Below are positions 32,283-41,449 of a stretch of DNA of 64,000 bases, piece by piece. Position numbers and translations under genes: made by a program. Location: the NCBI GenBank assembly GCA_963823665.1, contig CAWGMQ010000006.1, positions 1,024,001 to 1,088,000 of the forward strand. The letters run 5' to 3'. The notes beneath the pieces are model-generated. The model was given only the letters and a program-made list of their open reading frames with translations. It did not search any database and had not been told where the DNA came from. Position 1 is the stretch's first letter. Every line of letters starts with the position of its first letter. This stretch comes from an uncultured Planctomycetota bacterium (GTDB lineage Bacteria; Planctomycetota; Planctomycetia; Isosphaerales; Isosphaeraceae).

Positions 32283-35200
32283 ATGATGGACGCATTGTTC
32301 GAGACCGATGGCGAAGACGACGCGGCGGAGGCCGACTCGCTCCTGGTCGAGTGGGCCGCCGAGCTGGCCGTCCGGATTCGGGACGGTCAGTCCGTCGACT
32401 GGGAAGCGCTCGCCAGAGAGCACCCCGAGCGGGCCGAGGCCATCCGCCGCATGCGGCCGGCGTTCGGGCTCATGGCCCGCATGGGAAGCTCGGTCCAACG
32501 TGAGGCGCAAGATCGCGATCCAATCCCCGATCCCGTTGCCGGGCTCGGCTGCCTGGGCGACTACAAGCTGTTGCGCGAAGTCGGCCGGGGTGGCATGGGC
32601 GTCGTCTACGAAGCGCACCAGATCTCGCTCAATCGCCGCGTCGCCCTCAAGGTCCTTCCGTTCGCAATGGCGCTCGATTCTCGCCACCTTCAGCGATTCC
32701 AGATCGAGGCCCAGGCTGCCGCCGCACTGAACCACAGGAATATCGTGCCGGTATTCACTGTCAGTACCGAAGCCGGCGTGCCCTTCTATGCGATGCAGTT
32801 CATCGAAGGCCGCAGCCTGGCTGCGGTGATCAAGGAGCTGCGCCAGCTAGACGGCCTGGAGCCGGCGCGCCCGGGGCCGGCGTGCGCGCTCACGCGCTCG
32901 CTCGTCTCGGGACAATTTGCCCGGGCGCCCGAGAGCGACGGCTCCGTCGATCGCGACCCTTCCGTGGACGAGACCACCACGTCCACGCCCTCCGGGCCGG
33001 CGCCCGTCCCGGTCACATCCTCGGCCCGTGGCCGCAGCTTCATCCGCACCGTCGCCGCGTTCGGAGTTCAAGCTTCCGAGGCTCTGGAGCATGCTCATCA
33101 GCGCGGCATTTTACACCGCGACATCAAACCATCGAATCTGCTCGTCGATCCCGGCGGCCACCTCTGGGTCGCCGATTTCGGCCTGGCCCGCATCCCGGGC
33201 GAGACCAACCTGACCGTAACCGGCGACGTGATGGGCACTCCGCGCTACATGAGCCCCGAGCAGGCGCTCGGAAAGCGGCTCCTGCTCGACGGCCGGACTG
33301 ACATCTATTCGTTGGGAGCGACCCTCTACGAGCTCTTGACCTTGCGCCCGCCCTTCCCCGGCGATGATCGCCAGGAGGTCTTGCGGCTCATCGCCCAGGA
33401 GGAGCCGCGACCCCCGAGCCGCTTGAATCCAGCCATCCCGGCCCCACTCGAGACGATCGTCCTGAAGGCGATGGCCAAGGAGCCGGCGCGGCGCTACGCC
33501 GGGGCAGCCGCGCTGCGCGATGACCTCGAGCGCTTCCTCGAGAACCGGCCGGTCCTGGCGCGGCGCACGAGCCCCGCGGAGCGGTTCCGTCGCTGGTGCC
33601 GTCGCAACCCGCTGGTCGCGGGCTTGACGGGCAGCATCATGCTCCTGCTGGTGCTCGGCACGCTCGTCTCGAGCTACTTCGCCCTCCGGGCTGGCCGGAA
33701 AGCCGGCGAATCGGAGGCCAATGCCCGTCGCGCAAATCAGGAGACGTTGCGCGCCAATCATGCGGCCCGCAATGCCCGCGTCGAAGCCGAGCGCGCCGCG
33801 GAGGAAGCCGGGCGAGCGACCGAAGAAAAGCGGCGAGCAGACTACCGCCTCTACCTCTCGGAGATGAGCCTCGGTCAGCAAGCCTGGCAAGAGGGCCTGA
33901 CCGAACTGGCCCGCCAGCACCTCGACGCGCATATTCCAAAGGCCGCCGGAGACACCGATCCCCGCGGCTTCGAATGGTACTATCTCGAGCGGCTCTGCCG
34001 CCCCGAGCTCCGTACGTTTCGGGGACACCCGGCCTCGGTTCGCGCAGTGGCATTTTCCCCGGGCAGGCGCTTGATCGCCTCCGCGGGCAACGACGGCGCC
34101 GTGAGACTCTGGGATGTCGCCGGTGGTCGCGAGGTGCTCTGCCTGCAAGGACACACCGATCGAGCCAAGAGCGTGGCGTTTTCCCCGGATGGCCGCCGCA
34201 TCGCCTCCGCGAGCGAGGACGGTACCGTTCGGCTCTGGGATATCGCGGGCGGCACGGAGGTCCTGGTTTTTCGCCACCACCTCGACCAGGTCTACGGCGT
34301 GGCGTTTTCCCCGGACGGCCTCCGCATCGCCTCCGCCAGCGAAGACGGCACGGTCAGGCTCTGGAATGCGGCCACGGGAGTGACACTCTTCACTTTGCGC
34401 GGCCATGCCGACGAGGTCCGCAGCACCGAGTTCCGTCAGGGACGATCCCAGCACCGTGATGGCCTCGGGCGTGTCCACTCGGACCGAGCCGGCGGCGTGG
34501 CGTTTTCTCCCGACGGCCGCCAGGTCGCCGCCGCGGCCCGGGACGGCAGCGTGAAGGTCTGGGACGCAACGACCGGGGCGGAGGTGCTCACCCTGCGCGG
34601 ACACACGCAGGAAGTTCACGGCGTCACCTGGAGCCCGACCGGCGGCAAACTAGCCTCCGCCAGTCGAGACGGCACCGTGAAGCTCTGGAACATACAGACC
34701 GGCCGCGAGATCCTGACCCTCAAGGGACACTCGGGCGCGGTCTGGGAAGCGGCGTGGAGCCCGGACGGCCGTGCCGTTGGCTCCGCCAGCGCAGACCGTA
34801 CGCTCAAGATATGGGACGCCGTCACAGGCCAGGAGCTTCTCTCGCTACGGGGACACGCCGCCGGAGTGTGGAGCGTCGCGTTTTCGGCCGACGGCCGCTG
34901 TCTCGCGTCTGGCAGCGACGACCATACGGTCAAGCTCTGGGACACAGCTCTGGACCAGCAGGTGCTGACCGTTCGTGGTCACCTCGCCGGGGTCTTGAGT
35001 GTGGTGTTTTCCCCCGACGGCCGCCATGTCGCCTCCGTCGGCGAAGATCGCTGCGTGCGGCTCTGGGAGGTCACTACGGGCCGGGAAGTACGAGCGTTCC
35101 GCGGTCATGCAGCGCCGGTCGAAAGCGTCGCGATTTCCCCCGACGGCCGCCGGATCGCCTCCGCCGGTTGGGACCGAACTATCCGGCAATGGGAGACCAC

Positions 35201-36590
35201 CACGGGCCGCGAGCTGCCGATCCAGGACGGTCACTCCCCCTGGCTGCGGGGTGTCGCATTCTCCCCGGACGGCCTCCGCATTGCCTCGGTTCAGGATGAC
35301 TTGAGCGTGAGCCTCCGGCGCGCCGACACCGGACAGGAGCTCACCAACCTGCGCGGACACATTCTCGAAATCACGGGCATCGCCTTCAGCCGCGACGGCC
35401 GCCACGTTGCTGCCGCCGGATCGAGCGGCTCGGTGAAGCTGTGGGATGCCGCCACCGGAAAGGAGATCCTGACGCTGCGCGGCCGTGCCGGCGGAGCCAA
35501 CGGCGTGGCGTTTTCCCCCGACGGCCACCGCATCGCCACTCCGCACGAGGACGGCACCGTCGGGCTCTGGGACATAGCGACTCGCACCGAGATCCTGACG
35601 CTGCGCGGTCACGCCAGCTCGGTCAACGGCGTGGACTGGAGCCCCGACGGCCGCCGCATCGCCTCCGCGAGCGGCGATGGCACGGTGAAGCTCTGGGACA
35701 CGTCCACCGGGCAGGAAATCCTCACCCTCCGAGGGCACACCGACGAGGTCCATGCCGTGGCGTTTTCCCCCGACGGCCATCGCATCGCCTCCGCCAGTGC
35801 GGACCACACCGTGAAGCTCTGGGATGCAACGCCGCCGAACGCGGAGGATCAGGTGCTTCGCGAGGCCAGGAGCGTCGTCGAGTTCCTCTTCAAGAATGGC
35901 TGGCCCATGCCCGAGCTGCTCGCCCGCATTCGAGATGATCTCACGATCGGCGACCCGGTTCGCCAGCGCGCACTGGTGCTGGCTGAATCTCACGCGCGAA
36001 ACCTGGTATCGCACCAGGCCGAGCACGTGGTGGACGCGCTGTTCGCGAAGCCGATGCTGCGTTCAGATGTGCTCGCGAGTCTACGGACCAACCTCTCGCT
36101 CACGGAACCCGCCCGGCAGCAGGCCCTGGCCCTGGCGGAGCGCTGCTCGGAAGACGCCTGGCGGCTCAATGGTGCCAGTTGGCTCGTGGTCCGCCAGCCG
36201 GGGTCCGAGCCGGCGGCCGTGAGCCTGGCGGTTCGTCAGGCGGAGGCCGCCTGCCGGCTGATTCCGATGCACGGCGGCTTGCTCCGAACGCTCGGGGTGG
36301 CTCAGTATCGAATGGGGAAGTATGCCGAGTCCGTCGTCACGCTGAAATCCGCCGACCGGCTCAACGCTCGCGCCCACGGCGGTTTTTCAACTCCGCAGGA
36401 TTCGGCCGTTCGGGCGCTGGCGCACCGCCGCCTCGGCCAGCTCGAAGATGCCCGAGCCGCCCTGAGCCGCTTGCGCGAGTCGATGAAAAAACCCAAGTGG
36501 CAGAAGAACGACGAGGCCCAGGCCTTCCTGCGTGAGGCCGAGCTGCTGGAACAGGACCTGAACTTCCCCGCCGATCCATTTGGGCGCTGA
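32283..36590 (+). CDS. Hanks-type Ser/Thr protein kinase with TM helix, about 14 WD40 repeats and C-terminal TPR-like domain (1435 aa)
   Basis: Same kinase motifs as the upstream gene. TM segment LVAGLTGSIMLLLVLGTLV. RGFEWYYL linker, regular WD40 repeats, and a TLGVAQYRMGKYAES TPR-like tail. Confidence 0.95.
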   Translation: MMDALFETDGEDDAAEADSLLVEWAAELAVRIRDGQSVDWEALAREHPERAEAIRRMRPAFGLMARMGSSVQREAQDRDPIPDPVAGLGCLGDYKLLREVGRGGMGVVYEAHQISLNRRVALKVLPFAMALDSRHLQRFQIEAQAAAALNHRNIVPVFTVSTEAGVPFYAMQFIEGRSLAAVIKELRQLDGLEPARPGPACALTRSLVSGQFARAPESDGSVDRDPSVDETTTSTPSGPAPVPVTSSARGRSFIRTVAAFGVQASEALEHAHQRGILHRDIKPSNLLVDPGGHLWVADFGLARIPGETNLTVTGDVMGTPRYMSPEQALGKRLLLDGRTDIYSLGATLYELLTLRPPFPGDDRQEVLRLIAQEEPRPPSRLNPAIPAPLETIVLKAMAKEPARRYAGAAALRDDLERFLENRPVLARRTSPAERFRRWCRRNPLVAGLTGSIMLLLVLGTLVSSYFALRAGRKAGESEANARRANQETLRANHAARNARVEAERAAEEAGRATEEKRRADYRLYLSEMSLGQQAWQEGLTELARQHLDAHIPKAAGDTDPRGFEWYYLERLCRPELRTFRGHPASVRAVAFSPGRRLIASAGNDGAVRLWDVAGGREVLCLQGHTDRAKSVAFSPDGRRIASASEDGTVRLWDIAGGTEVLVFRHHLDQVYGVAFSPDGLRIASASEDGTVRLWNAATGVTLFTLRGHADEVRSTEFRQGRSQHRDGLGRVHSDRAGGVAFSPDGRQVAAAARDGSVKVWDATTGAEVLTLRGHTQEVHGVTWSPTGGKLASASRDGTVKLWNIQTGREILTLKGHSGAVWEAAWSPDGRAVGSASADRTLKIWDAVTGQELLSLRGHAAGVWSVAFSADGRCLASGSDDHTVKLWDTALDQQVLTVRGHLAGVLSVVFSPDGRHVASVGEDRCVRLWEVTTGREVRAFRGHAAPVESVAISPDGRRIASAGWDRTIRQWETTTGRELPIQDGHSPWLRGVAFSPDGLRIASVQDDLSVSLRRADTGQELTNLRGHILEITGIAFSRDGRHVAAAGSSGSVKLWDAATGKEILTLRGRAGGANGVAFSPDGHRIATPHEDGTVGLWDIATRTEILTLRGHASSVNGVDWSPDGRRIASASGDGTVKLWDTSTGQEILTLRGHTDEVHAVAFSPDGHRIASASADHTVKLWDATPPNAEDQVLREARSVVEFLFKNGWPMPELLARIRDDLTIGDPVRQRALVLAESHARNLVSHQAEHVVDALFAKPMLRSDVLASLRTNLSLTEPARQQALALAERCSEDAWRLNGASWLVVRQPGSEPAAVSLAVRQAEAACRLIPMHGGLLRTLGVAQYRMGKYAESVVTLKSADRLNARAHGGFSTPQDSAVRALAHRRLGQLEDARAALSRLRESMKKPKWQKNDEAQAFLREAELLEQDLNFPADPFGR

Positions 36591-36611
36591 CTGAGAGCGA
36601 CTCGGTTCGGA

Positions 36612-37193
36612 TCAATGTCCTTGCTTGAACGTGAGCGTCCCCTCACCGGTCCACCAGTATGCCGTGGGATTGGTGGATCCCAGCACGAAAGGTGCCGTCG
36701 CCGCGTACATGGTCCAGCTCCCGGTCACACCGGCGAATTTCCCCGTGCATGCGGGCAGGTACGGAACGAATTCGGCGAGAAACTGGGCGACATAGACGCC
36801 TTCACCCAGGTGGGGCATGGGGATGAGCTCGAACGTTCCCGGCTGGCTGGCACCGAATTGCGTGTTGCCGTAATAGCAGGCCAGGACATCCCCTTGCACG
36901 TCGATAAACTTGTACGGAACTGGGCTTCCAAACTCACCGGTGATGTCTCCGTTCTGCTCGAAATTCGCCGTATCGGTCGCGACTTCCCCTTCTCCGTAGT
37001 AGCCGAAGAGATCCGTCGCCAGGCCGATAGACCAGTGAGGTCGTGGTGCCTGGCCAGGCAACGGCAGGCCTTGGGGCGCGATTCCCTGACCGATGATCAC
37101 GAAAGGTACGGTCTGTGCTTGTGTCTGGTTCTGTGCAAGAGCCAGGGCGAGCGTGCAAGCGGCCAGGATGGCGAATCGTGGATTGCGAATCAT
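36612..37193 (-). CDS. Secreted hypothetical protein (193 aa), possibly a small beta-barrel
   Basis: ATG 37193 has GGAGG upstream. Signal peptide MIRNPRFAILAACTLALALA...QAQ. The mature part is beta-strand-rich with a TGKFAGVTG motif. Confidence 0.8.
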   Translation of the reverse strand: MIRNPRFAILAACTLALALAQNQTQAQTVPFVIIGQGIAPQGLPLPGQAPRPHWSIGLATDLFGYYGEGEVATDTANFEQNGDITGEFGSPVPYKFIDVQGDVLACYYGNTQFGASQPGTFELIPMPHLGEGVYVAQFLAEFVPYLPACTGKFAGVTGSWTMYAATAPFVLGSTNPTAYWWTGEGTLTFKQGH

Positions 37194-37291
37194 GCTGCGT
37201 CCTCCAGGTTGGTTCAGGGTATCGCGTCGAGCCACAAGAACGTTCCGGTGGCGCCGCCTTTACCGAGATTGAATCAGGGTGTGCAGTAGAA

Positions 37292-37318
37292 TCCTGCCAA
37301 CCGGCGGAAAAGGTTACA
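37292..37318 (-). promoter_or_regulatory. Putative ECF promoter TGTAAC-N15-GCAGGA for the secreted protein
   Basis: Minus strand reads cgTGTAACcttttccgccggttgGCAGGAt. The -35 element contains the TAA stop of the upstream kinase gene. Confidence 0.75.
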
Positions 37319-40300
37319 CGGATTCTCGAATTTGCGGTTGATCGCCGTCCATCCGCTCTGCCTCCGGAACGACAGCTCCCAGCTCGTTAAGCAACTGCTG
37401 GCCGCGGCGGCGGTATTCCTCGGCCCGATCGGGAATGACGCGAGAGGCGTCGAGCAGGGCGCGGGCGAGTTCGTGCTTCGCTCCGTGCTTCTCGGCCGCG
37501 ACGATGGCGCGCTCGAAGTACCTTGCGGCCTCCTTGGCCTTCCCCATCGCGAACGCCGCTCGGCCGCTCACGCGGAAGGCGTGAGGGGCGATGTTCGGAA
37601 ACGTCCAGCCGAAGAAGCGGGCGACTCGGGCGACTCGCCACGCTTTCCTCGCGGTTGATCGGGTGGGGCCGCCCTCCGGCTTCGCCCAGTGAGGGCCGAC
37701 GAGGGATTCGGCCCAAATGGGATAGAGAGGGGTGCTGAACTCCATGAAGAACAGGTTCGTTCGTAACAACCGCTCCATCCCCTGGAGCAAGACGCTTGCC
37801 CCTTCGTAATCAGACGCCTGCAACCGAACAAACCCCGCCACTTGCCCTGCGACGACGACGGTCAGAGACTCGCGACCCCGCAGCAATTCGATTGCCCGCG
37901 AGACGAGCGCCTGGGCCTCGTCGGTTCGACCCAAACGGGCGAGCGCGTCCGCCTTGCCGTAAAGCCCCCAAGCCAGAACTTCGTCATCGCCGCGAGTCGT
38001 GCCGAGCAGGATTTCGGCTTCTGCCTCGATCAGTTCCTTGCCGATGTCGCCCCGCACCATGTGACTGTGCCGCAGCCAGTGATGCGTCCAGGTCGTGTAA
38101 TAGTCGGAGACTTTGTCGAGGATTTGCATCGACTCGCGGGAAAGGGTTTCGCCCTCATCGAGCCGCCCTGCGAAATAAAGGGTCGCTCCGACCTGCGCCA
38201 GCACCCGTCCCCAGGTCACGTCATGGGAACGCATCTCGACTTCGCTCAAGGCGGCGCGGCTGTAGACCCGGGCCAGCCGATGGAGACCGAAGCCTCCGCA
38301 GTTCAGTGCGAATTTCGCATGCGCCACGGCCACATGTTCAGTCCTTCCGCTCCTCTTGGCGATCGCACCAACAAGATATGATCCATGGAGGTAGGTGAGC
38401 ATGCTGCGAAGTGGAGCGATTTGAAGACACTCATAGGCGGCCGCGAATGCGATGTCCAACCCGCGCTCGCTGTCGGGGCCCTTGTACCACTGAGCGAGAC
38501 GTCGCGGTAGGCAGTGGACGAAGAGGGCGTTTCTCCAGGTGCCCAGCATCCTTCCCACGAGGCTGGTTGGACGCTGGTATCCGACCTCCTTCAGGGCAAT
38601 GTCCAGGTGGCGCAAGGCTTCGTCGAACAGCCCCTTGCGATGGTGGTTCTCGCCGATCCCGACTTCGGCCGTGGCCCGCGCGATTGGATCTTCGGCGTGC
38701 GCAAGGGCCTGAGTGTAGGCGGAGATGGCGTCGTCGAGCCGGCCCGCGCAGCCGCAGGCCCTGCCCATCATCTTCCATAGATTGTAGCGCGTCGCGGCGT
38801 CGGCATGTTCGGGCAGGAGCTTCTGGGCTTCGGTCAACTGGCCGATCGCGTTATTGAAGGCATAAGCCTCGAGCGCAGCCTCGGCCGCCTCGACCGTGTA
38901 GGCGAGCCCCTTGGACTGGTCTGCCGCGCTGCGGAAATGATCGGCCAGAACGGCCGCGGCGACGGCCTGGCCCTTCGCTCGCCGCTGTTCCAGCAGCTCT
39001 CCCACGCGCCGGTGCAAGCTCCGTCGCCGCGCTGCGGTCAAATCGGCGTAGGGCAGCTCCCGGAGCAGGTCATGCACGAACTCGACTCGGCCGGCGTTGC
39101 CCGTATCGCGGAAAACTCGGCGCGGCAAGAGCGCGTCGATCGCGTCGAGCACGTCGGTCTCGGTCAAATCGGACAGGACATCCCGCAACAGGTCAATATC
39201 AATCACGGCACCGATGACCGCGGCGGCACCCAGCACCTGCTGCGCCTTGGCCGGCAGTCCCTCGATCCGTAGCCGCATCGCGTCGCGAACGGTTTGGGGC
39301 AAGTCCGAGGCGTCGCCGGCTACGGTCGCCAGCACCCAGCCGTCGTCGCTCCGCGTGATCGCGGCTTTCTCGAACCATTCGCGCACTGTTTCCGACACAA
39401 AGAAAGGATTGCCGCCACATAGGTTGTGGAGGCGAGAGACAAGCTCGTCGGATAGCTCCTCGGGCCGGCAGTTGAGCCGCAAAGCGATCAGCTCGCGCGT
39501 CTCGCCTTGGGCCAGCGCGGCCAGCCGCAGTTCCATGACCTGGCGCCGTTCACGCAACGGGGCCATCAAGGGGTCGAGCTGCGTGTAGCCGCTCCGGGCC
39601 GAGGCGACAATCACCAGCCGGGGCCCGCCCACCGAACCGTAGGCGCCGCCCCGGCGGGCCTCGGCCAGTGCCCCCGCGAGGTGCCGCAGCAGATCGAGCG
39701 ACGACTTGTCGGCCCACTGCAGGTCTTCAAAGCTCAGACAGACCGGCTGGAGCGTGGCGATCTCGATGAAGAAAGCGGACAGGGCGCGAAAGATATAATC
39801 GGGGTCGCGGGTGAGCTCGTCGTAACGGTATGCATCGCCAGGCAGGTACTTCCGAAGTTCGGGCGCGATGCGGAGCAGCTCGCCGCTGTAGTCGCTCACG
39901 ATGGAGAGCAGCCGCATCGCCGACTCGGCCGGCAGACCGGCGACGTGCGTGCCCGTCAGGTCGAGATCGGGCGCTGCCGCCTCTCGACGCTCCTGCAAAC
40001 GCAGCTCGGCGATCAACTGGCGGATGATCTCGACAAATGGCTGAAACGGTGCGAGGTTGCCATCGAAGCAGCGCCCCTCGTAAACCTGGCAGCCATGGCC
40101 ACGGGCGATGCGCTCAGCCTCTTGCACGACGCTGCTCTTGCCGATGCCCGGCTCGCCGCTCACGACGACGAGCGACGGAGTTGCTTCGCCACCTGACTCG
40201 GGCGCTTCCGCGTCCGCGGGGCTCAGGCACGCGCGGAGAACGTCGTCGAGCGCCGCGAGCTCCTCCGCCCTGCAGACGAATCCGATCACGGACAGCATCG

Positions 40301-41366
40301 GCCGGGCGTGGCCGAGCGCCCCGGCGTAGACGGCGGTCTGGTCATCAATTCCCAGGTATGCGGTGATCGCGTTCCGCAGCAAGGCAGCCGAGTCGGGCCG
40401 GCGACGCGGCTCCTTGCGGAGGTAGCGCATCACCGCGTCGGCAATCGGGCCGGGCACGTCGGGGCTGACCTCGGCTAACGGCCGCGGCTTGTCGTTCAAC
40501 TGCGCCCGCATCAAGGCGCGCATCCCGTCCAGCCGCGCCTGCGGAAACGGATAGCGGCCCGAGAGCAGCTCGTAGCTGACCAGGCCCAGGCAGTAAAGAT
40601 CGGCGCGGTGGTCGAGCTCATCGTTGTTGAGCTGCTCCGGCGCGCAATAGGCGACCGTGCCAACGAATCCGGCCTCGGCCGACAGCGACGATTTCACGCC
40701 ATAATACTTTGCCAGGCCAAAGTCCATGAGCTTGGCCTCGAAGCCGGGCGAACCGTCGCGCCGGGTCGCGGGGCGGACCAGGATGTTGGATGGCTTGACG
40801 TCGCGGTGGACGATCCCCTGGTTGTGGATGTAGTCAAGCGCCAGCGTCACTTGCAAGAGGGGCTCGAGCACGGCGTCTACGCCTCGGCCCGCCAGGCTCG
40901 TGATGGGGCGCCCCTGGAACAGCTCCATGGTGAAAAAGGGCCCGCGGTCCAGCTCGCCGTAGTCGAATACGTTGAGACAATGCGGGTGATGCAACGTCGC
41001 CAGCGATCGAAACTCTCGCTCAAACCGGCGACGCGCTGTCCCGGCCAGCGTGCCTTTCATGAGCTTGAGCGCGATCTCGCGCCCGTCGCGCGTATCGCGA
41101 GCACGGTACACGACTCCCATGCCTCCCTCGCCGAGCACGTCCCCGATCTGAAATCGCTCGTGCCGCAGTTCATGGGCGCCGGCGATGGCTGGTGTTGAGT
41201 CCACCTGGTCGGTGGTCGCATCCGTCGGCGAGCCAGAGCCGTTCGGCCCTGGTGGCACGCCGGCGAATTCACGGGGCCTGTCGTCGAACTTGTGAAACCG
41301 TGGGTCAAGGGGCGCTGTCTCGTTCGTGGCGTGGCTTGTCGTCGGTTCGGCCCTGGAAATCGGCAT
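37314..41366 (-). CDS. Ser/Thr kinase - STAND/AAA_16-type ATPase - TPR protein, paralogue 3 (most divergent)
   Basis: GEGGMGVVY, HRDVKPSN, DFGLAK, Walker A SGEPGIGKS, Walker B LSFEDLQWAD, GGNPFF, and a helical repeat C-terminus. Probable start MPISRA at 41366 (ORF track: 41420). Confidence 0.93.
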   Translation of the reverse strand: MPISRAEPTTSHATNETAPLDPRFHKFDDRPREFAGVPPGPNGSGSPTDATTDQVDSTPAIAGAHELRHERFQIGDVLGEGGMGVVYRARDTRDGREIALKLMKGTLAGTARRRFEREFRSLATLHHPHCLNVFDYGELDRGPFFTMELFQGRPITSLAGRGVDAVLEPLLQVTLALDYIHNQGIVHRDVKPSNILVRPATRRDGSPGFEAKLMDFGLAKYYGVKSSLSAEAGFVGTVAYCAPEQLNNDELDHRADLYCLGLVSYELLSGRYPFPQARLDGMRALMRAQLNDKPRPLAEVSPDVPGPIADAVMRYLRKEPRRRPDSAALLRNAITAYLGIDDQTAVYAGALGHARPMLSVIGFVCRAEELAALDDVLRACLSPADAEAPESGGEATPSLVVVSGEPGIGKSSVVQEAERIARGHGCQVYEGRCFDGNLAPFQPFVEIIRQLIAELRLQERREAAAPDLDLTGTHVAGLPAESAMRLLSIVSDYSGELLRIAPELRKYLPGDAYRYDELTRDPDYIFRALSAFFIEIATLQPVCLSFEDLQWADKSSLDLLRHLAGALAEARRGGAYGSVGGPRLVIVASARSGYTQLDPLMAPLRERRQVMELRLAALAQGETRELIALRLNCRPEELSDELVSRLHNLCGGNPFFVSETVREWFEKAAITRSDDGWVLATVAGDASDLPQTVRDAMRLRIEGLPAKAQQVLGAAAVIGAVIDIDLLRDVLSDLTETDVLDAIDALLPRRVFRDTGNAGRVEFVHDLLRELPYADLTAARRRSLHRRVGELLEQRRAKGQAVAAAVLADHFRSAADQSKGLAYTVEAAEAALEAYAFNNAIGQLTEAQKLLPEHADAATRYNLWKMMGRACGCAGRLDDAISAYTQALAHAEDPIARATAEVGIGENHHRKGLFDEALRHLDIALKEVGYQRPTSLVGRMLGTWRNALFVHCLPRRLAQWYKGPDSERGLDIAFAAAYECLQIAPLRSMLTYLHGSYLVGAIAKRSGRTEHVAVAHAKFALNCGGFGLHRLARVYSRAALSEVEMRSHDVTWGRVLAQVGATLYFAGRLDEGETLSRESMQILDKVSDYYTTWTHHWLRHSHMVRGDIGKELIEAEAEILLGTTRGDDEVLAWGLYGKADALARLGRTDEAQALVSRAIELLRGRESLTVVVAGQVAGFVRLQASDYEGASVLLQGMERLLRTNLFFMEFSTPLYPIWAESLVGPHWAKPEGGPTRSTARKAWRVARVARFFGWTFPNIAPHAFRVSGRAAFAMGKAKEAARYFERAIVAAEKHGAKHELARALLDASRVIPDRAEEYRRRGQQLLNELGAVVPEAERMDGDQPQIRESV

Positions 41367-41449
41367 TGGCTTGCCTCGGTTCATGTTGCCTTCGATACGA
41401 CGGGCCTGAGAAGACCTCACGCCCCTGTTTTCTGCTCCGGCCAGTTCAG

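Noticed and set aside
32243..32288. Possible remnant of a second sigma gene end before kinase 2 (GAATCACAG...TGATG)
   Set aside because: The similarity to the sigma 3' end is too short to distinguish from chance.
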